64,000 bases of DNA from an uncultured Verrucomicrobiae bacterium (lineage in GTDB: Bacteria; Verrucomicrobiota; Verrucomicrobiia; Chthoniobacterales; Terrimicrobiaceae). Shown here piece after piece: positions 57,235-64,000 of this stretch. The stretch is taken from contig CAVPOC010000009.1 in the NCBI GenBank assembly GCA_963706955.1, forward strand, positions 1 to 64,000. The letters are read 5' to 3'. The notes beneath the pieces were generated by a model, which was not told the origin of the DNA, did not search any database, and saw only the letters and a list, made by a program, of their open reading frames with translations. A program made the translations under genes and the position numbers. The number at the start of each line of letters is the position of its first letter. Position 1 is the stretch's first letter.

Positions 57235-60200
57235 TGGCAGGGAATCGTTTCGATGCTGGATAAAATCTGGCGCAACGTAGAGTCGGGGTTGGAGCCCGTC
57301 AAGCGGGGAAACCTTCCGTCCTTCTGCAAGAGCTCGCGACGTTGAGTGAGCATCAGGCGCCGATCCCGAACCTCGATCATAGTAATCTTACGCCGTGCTG
57401 CCTCGATGCGCATCGTCGCAGTCAAAAGCGCATTTTCGGCTTGGGCGGGGAGTGGTCCGAATCGATCGCGCCATTCGACTCTGAGCTGGTCTACGGCAGC
57501 GCGATCTTCCGCCTCCGCCAGCCGGCGATAGCAGGCAATACGAGTCCGCGCATCCGGAATGTACGAAGCAGGCAGGAAGGCCCCGGCGAGCTCGTGGGGC
57601 GAGCGATTCCATCCAGCCTCCTCGGTGGAGAGGAAATCGATGCGCAGTCCCGCCGGGGCTCGCCGGCGACGGGATCTTCCGGAGAGAGTTTCCACGGCCT
57701 GCCTGAGCAGTTTGCAGTAGAGATCGAAACCGACGGCGATGAGGTGTCCGCTCTGAGCCGTTCCGAGCAAGTTTCCGGCCCCGCGAATCTCGAGATCACG
57801 CATCGCGACTTTAAATCCTGAGCCGAGCTCGGAATATTGTCTAATCGCGGAGACGCGTTTGCGTGCGGCTCCCATAAGATCGCGAGGAAGCATCAGGAAG
57901 GCATACGCCTTTGTTTGCGAACGGCCCACACGTCCGCGCAGCTGGTAAAGATCTGCCAGGCCAAAGAGGTCCGCGCGATCTATAACGATTGTATTGGCGT
58001 TGGGGATATCGAGTCCGCTCTCGATGATTGTCGTCGAGACAAGCACATCGGCATCCCCTGCGACGAAGGTGCGCATGACCGCTTCGAGCTCATGCTCGCT
58101 CATTTGACCGTGCCCAACCACGACACGCGCCTCTGGACAAAGCTCTCGAACGCGCTTGGCGACGCGTTCGATCGTTTGGATGCGGTTATGAAGGAAATAC
58201 ACCTGTCCGCCGCGCGTGCGCTCCCGTTCGATGGCATCGCGAAAAATCCGCTCGTCATAAGCGCTGACGATCGTCTCAACGGGCTGCCGGTTGGGAGGCG
58301 GGGTTTCGATCAGTGACATGTCCCGCGCGCCCATGAGGGAGAGATACAAAGTGCGAGGAATAGGAGTCGCCGATAGAGTGAGCACATCAACCTGCCGGAA
58401 GCGCTCTTTGAGGAGATCTTTGTGTTTGACTCCAAACCGTTGCTCCTCATCAACCACGAGCAGACCGACATCCTTAAATCGAACGTCCGGTGAAACCAAC
58501 CGGTGTGTCCCCACCACGACGTCAACGCTGCCGTCAGCCAACCTGGCGAGCACTCGCTTTTGCTCGGCAGCCGTCCGAAATCGGCTGAGCAGCTCGATAC
58601 TCACCGGGTATTCGCTCATTCGTTCCCGCAGCGTCTGATAATGCTGCTGCGCCAGCACGGTCGTCGGAGCCAAGAGCGCTGCTTGCTTGGCGCCCATGAC
58701 GGCCTTGAAGATCGCTCGAATGGCTACTTCTGTCTTTCCGAATCCAACGTCACCGCAAATCAGCCGATCCATCGGTCGCTCGGATTCCATGTCCTCTTTC
58801 GTATCCACGATCGCTTTGATCTGGTCCGGGGTCTCCTCGAAAGGAAAGGCATCTTCGAATTCCTTTTGCCAGTGTGTGTCTGGAGCGAAGCAAAACCCGG
58901 GCTTGAGATCGCGTTCAGCCTGCACCTGTAGCATCCGAGAGGCGTAGTCGAGAATGGATTGTCGCGCTTTTTCGCGCGTTCGCGCCCAGCGTCCGTCGCC
59001 CAACTCGGAAAGCTCCGGGTGCGTCTTCCCGATACCGACGTAGCGGGCCACTTGCCAGGCCTGATCCAGAGGCACATAGAGCCGAGCGCCTTCCGCATAC
59101 TCGAGGGCCAGACCTTCGCCGCCACCATCCCCGGGGATCATCTGCAGGCCCTCAAATCGCCCAATCCCATGATCCAAGTGGACGACATAGTCGCCCGGCT
59201 CAAATTCGGTGAAGTCGATGGCTGCACGAGTCGCCATCAACCTCTCGCGTCTTTGAGCGCGGCGACGTTGGCGCAGCGAGGACGAGCGGCCAAACAACTC
59301 TGCGTCAGAGAGGACGGCTAGCTCGGCCGCTGGGAAGACGAATCCTCGCGTAATCGGAAGATGAAGAAACGTCAGGCCGGAAACGTCAAAATCATGCTCG
59401 GTTGCGAGTTCCTGAAAACGCTCAATCTCCCCGTGGCTGCCGGCCGCAAGCGTCACAAGCCAGCCTGCGCCTTGCCACTCTTCGATCTGACGAAACAGTC
59501 GGTCGCGCCTGACTGCATCAAGAACAAGATCGCCGGCGTCGAATTCTCCAAACGGCTGGGGAAACAGCGAAGTCCGCTCGTCTTCCCCCTCTGCCGAGAT
59601 TCGAAAATCAGACCGCTCCTGGCTACCTGCCAGATCAATGATGAGGTCTTGGCTTCTGAGGTAGCTTCGTAGGGGACTCTGTTCCGCCTGGAACTTTCCC
59701 GCCAAGATTTCGCAAGAATCCTCTTCTTTGATCGAAACCTGGCTATCCGGATCAAAATTTCGGATCGAATCGACGATCACATCGTCAAGCTCGACTCGCA
59801 CTGGGAGTGCGGCTTGCCAGGAAAACACGTCCATGATGCCGCCGCGGATTGAGAACTGCCCGCGAGCGGCCACTTGGGAAACACGCTCGTACCCTGAATG
59901 GACCAGACTTTCGGCTGCTTCCGTCAAAATAAGCTTATCGCCCGTGGCTAGGCTAAAGAGTGCTCCAGTCAAAGCGAATGCAGAGGGAACGTTCTGATCC
60001 CACTGCGCCGAGTGGACAACGAGGGGTCCAATCGGACGGTCTTTTGCCAACAGTCCCAAGATCTCGAGTCGCTCCGCGACGGTTTCAGGATCGCGCAGCA
60101 CTTCCCCTGCGAAGGCCTCCCATTCCGGCAACAAGCGCGCGGCGGGGAGCCACGCCGCCAGTTCGGAAGCAAATTCTTCTTGCTTGCGAACATCAGAACA

Positions 60201-60359
60201 AACAACCCAAACCCGCCGCTCTTCCACCGCGCGGGCAAGGCATGCCACTACAAAAGGTTGCGCGGCTTCGGCGACATCGGGAAAAATCGTCTTCTTCCCG
60301 TCTCCAAGCGCAGCAAAGGCGCGCGCGAAGATCGCTTCACTTTCGGAGAATTCTTTCAC
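57231..60359 (-). CDS. mfd: Transcription-repair coupling factor
   Basis: RGGIMDVF, VVHLDHGIG, CGDVGFGKTEVA, DEEQRFGV, QLRGRVGR, DLEIRGAGNLLG. Start GTG 60359 is approximate. Confidence 0.97.
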   Translation of the reverse strand: MKEFSESEAIFARAFAALGDGKKTIFPDVAEAAQPFVVACLARAVEERRVWVVCSDVRKQEEFASELAAWLPAARLLPEWEAFAGEVLRDPETVAERLEILGLLAKDRPIGPLVVHSAQWDQNVPSAFALTGALFSLATGDKLILTEAAESLVHSGYERVSQVAARGQFSIRGGIMDVFSWQAALPVRVELDDVIVDSIRNFDPDSQVSIKEEDSCEILAGKFQAEQSPLRSYLRSQDLIIDLAGSQERSDFRISAEGEDERTSLFPQPFGEFDAGDLVLDAVRRDRLFRQIEEWQGAGWLVTLAAGSHGEIERFQELATEHDFDVSGLTFLHLPITRGFVFPAAELAVLSDAELFGRSSSLRQRRRAQRRERLMATRAAIDFTEFEPGDYVVHLDHGIGRFEGLQMIPGDGGGEGLALEYAEGARLYVPLDQAWQVARYVGIGKTHPELSELGDGRWARTREKARQSILDYASRMLQVQAERDLKPGFCFAPDTHWQKEFEDAFPFEETPDQIKAIVDTKEDMESERPMDRLICGDVGFGKTEVAIRAIFKAVMGAKQAALLAPTTVLAQQHYQTLRERMSEYPVSIELLSRFRTAAEQKRVLARLADGSVDVVVGTHRLVSPDVRFKDVGLLVVDEEQRFGVKHKDLLKERFRQVDVLTLSATPIPRTLYLSLMGARDMSLIETPPPNRQPVETIVSAYDERIFRDAIERERTRGGQVYFLHNRIQTIERVAKRVRELCPEARVVVGHGQMSEHELEAVMRTFVAGDADVLVSTTIIESGLDIPNANTIVIDRADLFGLADLYQLRGRVGRSQTKAYAFLMLPRDLMGAARKRVSAIRQYSELGSGFKVAMRDLEIRGAGNLLGTAQSGHLIAVGFDLYCKLLRQAVETLSGRSRRRRAPAGLRIDFLSTEEAGWNRSPHELAGAFLPASYIPDARTRIACYRRLAEAEDRAAVDQLRVEWRDRFGPLPAQAENALLTATMRIEAARRKITMIEVRDRRLMLTQRRELLQKDGRFPRLTGSNPDSTLRQILSSIETIPCQ

Positions 60360-61134
60360 GGTACATCCCGGCCAGCGCTTCACCAGTGCCGCGAGAAGGC
60401 AAACGGCGACCCTCAATATGGGAAACGGGCATCACGCCGAGCCTGCTATTGGTCAGGAAGCATTCCTCGGCCCCGCTGATATTGTCGAGCGTCAAGCGCC
60501 CCTCCCGAACTGAGGTCATTCTCGTAATCCATTGACGCACCACTCCCTGGCGCGCTCCGATGTCCGCCTCGGGGGTCTGCAGAATGCCCTCGATAAGAAA
60601 GAAAACGTTCGCCATCGCTGCGGAAATCACAACTCTCTCGATGTTCACAATCAGCGTCTCGTCAAATCCATTTTCTCGTGCGAGGGAGAGCGCTCTCACG
60701 TTTGGCCAGTAGTTTCCGGTTTTCCACCCAGCCAGCACAGTCACAAAGGGGGCCGTCGTGACCCCCAATCGAAAGCCTCGCGTGATCTCCACTGGTTCAG
60801 GAAACTTTACCGGCTCGAAATAGGCGAATGTCCGCTGATGCAAAGCGGAACCGATAAGAGCGCCGTCCCCAGCCGTAACGTAGATTCGCAGTAACCCGTC
60901 CGGAAGATTTGCCAGTTCGCTGACGGGAAGGACGGTTTCCGACTGAAATCCTGCCGCCGTGCAAGCTGCTGATAAAGCCGCCAAGTGCTCCTCGAGAAAA
61001 AGCATCCGGCCATTCCGCACAGCGACTGTTTCAAAGACGCTCATCCCGTAACGAAATCCGCGGTCGGAAATCGGAACGTCGGCCCCTTCGCGGAAAGACC
61101 CCTCAACAAGTGTCCAGGCGTGAACGCCCTTCAC
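60337..61134 (-). CDS. Class IV PLP aminotransferase (PabC/IlvE-like)
   Basis: DRGFRYGMSVFET, KTGNY, ANVFF, GVVR, FLTNS. Confidence 0.88.
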   Translation of the reverse strand: MKGVHAWTLVEGSFREGADVPISDRGFRYGMSVFETVAVRNGRMLFLEEHLAALSAACTAAGFQSETVLPVSELANLPDGLLRIYVTAGDGALIGSALHQRTFAYFEPVKFPEPVEITRGFRLGVTTAPFVTVLAGWKTGNYWPNVRALSLARENGFDETLIVNIERVVISAAMANVFFLIEGILQTPEADIGARQGVVRQWITRMTSVREGRLTLDNISGAEECFLTNSRLGVMPVSHIEGRRLPSRGTGEALAGMYRERILRK

Positions 61135-62558
61135 TCGTCGTCGAGAGTTCCCAACGCGCCGTTACGTTCCAAGCGCTTGCGAAGCGTTGCGCGGGTAATC
61201 CCAAGAAGCTTCGCGGCCCGGACTTGATTGCTGTTCGTCTTGCGCATCGCCCGCAGGGTAAATTCCCGCTCGAGCCATGGCAGCAGCTCGATGCTGGCGT
61301 CAGAGGTCGCCGCATCGAAGAGGGCTTCGATCGCATTCTCGACGGAGTTACCGCTACCGTTCATGTGCTGCTCGGACGAGCTCGAGGAGACTTGCCCCAG
61401 CGGAATATCCTTCGGCAAAAGCACGTCCGCAGTTGCCAGGACGGAAGCTCGTTGAATGGTGTTTTCCAGTTCACGCACGTTCCCCGGCCATGGATACGCC
61501 TCCAATACACGGGCGGCTTCCTCCGATAACTTCAACGGTGGTCTGTGCTTATGATGGGCGATTTTCTGGAGGAAATACTCTGCAAGCTGACGGATGTCCT
61601 CCTGCCTGACCCGCAGAGGCGGAAGATGGATGCGAACCACATTGAGTCGATAAAAGAGATCTTCCCTAAAGCGTTTCTGGGCAACTTCTTCTTCGAGGTG
61701 CTTGTTCGTCGCGCAGACGATGCGAACGTTCGCGCGGATGGTCTGGTTGCCGCCAACGCGAGAAAACTCGCCCTCTTGCAAAACCCGCAAGATCTTGCTT
61801 TGGACTTGCACAGGCATTTCGCCGATCTCGTCCAGAAAGAGCGTTCCGTTATCGCTTTGCTCGAAGCGTCCAATCCGCTGGCTATGCGCACCGGTGAAGG
61901 AACCTTTTTCGTGACCGAATAATTCGCTTTCCAACAAATTTTCCGGGATTGCCGCACAGTTGATCGCCAGGAAGCTCTTGCCACTACGAGTGCTGTAGTT
62001 GTGAATCGCGCGAGCGACCAGTTCTTTGCCAGATCCGCTTTCCCCGGTGATCATCACTGGAGCATCGCTCGCAGCCACGCGACCAATCATTTTGAAGACC
62101 TGTTGCATGGCATCCGAACGGCCGACAATCTCGTCCTGATGCTGTTCGATGGTCAGAACAGGCTTAAAAGTGTTCGCGGTCTTTAGTTCTGCGGCCGCCT
62201 TTAAGGCCGAATCGACAACAATCTTCAAATTGAAAGGCAATTGCTCCTTCCGCACGAAGTCGAACGCTCCCATCTTCATAGCCTCGATAACGTTCTGGTT
62301 AGTGCTAAAGGCACTGACGATGATGACCATCGCATTCTGTGAGTGCTTTCGGATTTGTGCGAGCAGCTCAATGCCCGAGAACGGACTAAGATTAAGTTCA
62401 GCCATCACCAGGTCAGGAGTTTCCATGCAGAAACTCTTGTAGGCGGCGTCGGCAGAGGTCTCAGTTACAACGCGCGTTCCTGCCGTCTCTAACTGGTGCT
62501 TGGCCCATTCGAGGAAATCAGTCTCCTGGTCGACAAGAAGGATGGTTTGTTTCGCCAT
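61131..62558 (-). CDS. Sigma54-dependent enhancer-binding response regulator (NtrC family) with atypical receiver
   Basis: GESGSGKE, ESELFGHEKGSFTGA, LFLDEIG, FREDLFYRL, WPGNVRELEN, C-terminal Fis HTH. Confidence 0.95.
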   Translation of the reverse strand: MAKQTILLVDQETDFLEWAKHQLETAGTRVVTETSADAAYKSFCMETPDLVMAELNLSPFSGIELLAQIRKHSQNAMVIIVSAFSTNQNVIEAMKMGAFDFVRKEQLPFNLKIVVDSALKAAAELKTANTFKPVLTIEQHQDEIVGRSDAMQQVFKMIGRVAASDAPVMITGESGSGKELVARAIHNYSTRSGKSFLAINCAAIPENLLESELFGHEKGSFTGAHSQRIGRFEQSDNGTLFLDEIGEMPVQVQSKILRVLQEGEFSRVGGNQTIRANVRIVCATNKHLEEEVAQKRFREDLFYRLNVVRIHLPPLRVRQEDIRQLAEYFLQKIAHHKHRPPLKLSEEAARVLEAYPWPGNVRELENTIQRASVLATADVLLPKDIPLGQVSSSSSEQHMNGSGNSVENAIEALFDAATSDASIELLPWLEREFTLRAMRKTNSNQVRAAKLLGITRATLRKRLERNGALGTLDDE

Positions 62559-62670
62559 GGTGCAGATGTTTAAAAATCAACAGCACAGACACGCCATGGG
62601 ATGGGGTCTGGGAAGTCAAGGGCAATTCCCTTAAGAGAAGGCAAAACGAACAAAAATCAACAGCGGCGGA

Positions 62671-63378
62671 TTAGACGCCCCCGTATCGGCGCGTTCTCTG
62701 GCTAAAATCGTGCAAAGCGTTCACAAAATCTTCTTTTCGAAAGTCCGGCCACAACTTGGAAGTAACGTGAATTTCAGTGTAGCTGAGCTGCCAAAGTAAA
62801 AAATTCGACAGGCGAACTTCTCCAGACGTGCGGATAAGCAGGTCTGGATCAGGGAAGTTCGCCGTGTAGAGCCGCTTACTAAAGAGTGTTTCGGTGATAT
62901 CCTCTTCGGCCAGTTTGCCTGCAAGCGCGTCGCGAGCGATGCTTCTGACCGCATCGACCATCTCGGTTCTGCCGCTGTAACTGAGCGCCAAAATCAGCGT
63001 CAGACGTGAGTTGGCGGAGGTCGAAGCTATTGCTTCGGCGAGCTTTCGCTGGCAAATTTCCGGGAGGTCATTGAGACGGCCGATGGCCTGCAGGCGCACG
63101 CCGACATCATTCAGCTCCTGCAATTTGTCCTGGAGGAAGCGCTCGAGCAGGCGCATGAGCCCCTGGACTTCAATCGCCGGACGCTTCCAATTCTCGGAGG
63201 AAAAAGCGTAGAGCGTCAGGTATTCGACTCCGCATTCGATGGCTGCATCGATGCATTCGCGGATCGACTTGGCTCCTTGTTCGTGACCGGCGAGTCGGGG
63301 GAAGCCGCGGCGCTGCGCCCAGCGCCCGTTGCCATCCATGATAATTGCGACGTGACGGGGAACAGCTTTCACGGGCAC
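62671..63378 (-). CDS. uppS: Undecaprenyl diphosphate synthase
   Basis: HVAIIMDGNGRWA, YAFSSENWKR, DLLIRTSGE.RLSNFLLWQ. Confidence 0.97.
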   Translation of the reverse strand: MPVKAVPRHVAIIMDGNGRWAQRRGFPRLAGHEQGAKSIRECIDAAIECGVEYLTLYAFSSENWKRPAIEVQGLMRLLERFLQDKLQELNDVGVRLQAIGRLNDLPEICQRKLAEAIASTSANSRLTLILALSYSGRTEMVDAVRSIARDALAGKLAEEDITETLFSKRLYTANFPDPDLLIRTSGEVRLSNFLLWQLSYTEIHVTSKLWPDFRKEDFVNALHDFSQRTRRYGGV

Positions 63379-63386
63379 GGGGAACG

Positions 63387-64000
63387 CTAAAGACGGATCG
63401 TCTGCTCGCGGTCAGCGCCCACACTCACGATCGAGAGCCTTGGACCCGTTAATGATGCTATCTTCTTGAGGTAGTTTCTGGCTTTGGCCGGAAGCTCGCG
63501 GAAGGTTCGCGCCTGTGCCGTGGACGCGTTCCAGCCCGGCAGTTCGACAACGACGGGAACACATCGTTTGAGGTCGCGCATGTCAGAAGGGGGAACAGTC
63601 AGCGTCTTGGTGCCGAGTTTATATGCGACACAAACTTTGATGTTCTTGACGTGATCAAGTCCATCGAGATTGGTGACGGCGAGCTCATCAATGCCGTTGA
63701 TCATTGAGGAATAGCGCGTCGCTACAGAATCAAACCAGCCACACCGCCGGGGACGACCTGTGGTCGAACCAAACTCTCTTCCCATCGCGTGCAGCATGTC
63801 GGAGATTTCCTGGTTTTCGGTTGGAAAAGGTCCCTCCCCTACCCGGGTTGTATACGCTTTCATCACTCCAATGACGCGATCGATTCGATGCGGCGGCACT
63901 CCGGTTCCGGTGCACGCTCCTCCAGCGGTCGTATTGGACGAGGTCACGTAGGGATACGTGCCATGATCGAGATCGAGGAAAGTGCCTTGAGCGCCTTCGA
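63387..64000 (-). CDS. purA: Adenylosuccinate synthetase (5'-truncated by window edge)
   Basis: [47 protein letters not shown]. Confidence 0.97.
   Translation of the reverse strand, partial: EGAQGTFLDLDHGTYPYVTSSNTTAGGACTGTGVPPHRIDRVIGVMKAYTTRVGEGPFPTENQEISDMLHAMGREFGSTTGRPRRCGWFDSVATRYSSMINGIDELAVTNLDGLDHVKNIKVCVAYKLGTKTLTVPPSDMRDLKRCVPVVVELPGWNASTAQARTFRELPAKARNYLKKIASLTGPRLSIVSVGADREQTIRL

Noticed and set aside
1..64000. Hundreds of short or antisense ORFs in the six-frame track
   Set aside because: They overlap well-supported genes on the opposite strand or in another frame and lack recognisable motifs, as expected at this GC content.
1..64000. CRISPR array, tRNA/rRNA, IS/integrase or prophage
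   Set aside because: No regularly spaced repeats, cloverleaf/T-arm motifs or transposase/integrase/phage proteins seen; coding density leaves little room.

Overview
Gene-dense, moderately GC-rich bacterial chromosomal window. The gene content and conserved hypotheticals resemble Verrucomicrobiota (Spartobacteria/Chthoniobacterales-like); this is an inference, not a database result. It is mostly core genes: serA (partial), zwf, glk, carA, rpmI-rplT-pheS-pheT, rnc, uvrA, rlmN, two Hsp20s, ribD, a class A PBP, ileS-lspA, dusB, LptF/G, a DinG-family helicase, mfd-surA-pdxA, uppS and purA (partial). I found no tRNA, rRNA, CRISPR array, transposase or prophage. Non-coding elements read from the sequence are a probable 6S RNA with its own terminator after pheT, and a structured, pseudoknot-capable RNA between rpmI and rplT (candidate L20 autoregulatory leader). 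Two glycan modules stand out. (1) A polyprenyl-phosphate-type GT2 is followed by an SDR enzyme carrying UDP-apiose/UDP-xylose synthase signatures; it may feed a GT-C (ArnT/PMT-like) transferase about 9 kb away. (2) A bgsBA-like pair (membrane fusion protein plus processive beta-glucan synthase) has degenerate c-di-GMP/gating motifs and abuts a convergent secreted GH9 endoglucanase. Four single-base (+1) frameshifts, one in essential ileS, suggest sequencing or assembly insertion errors.
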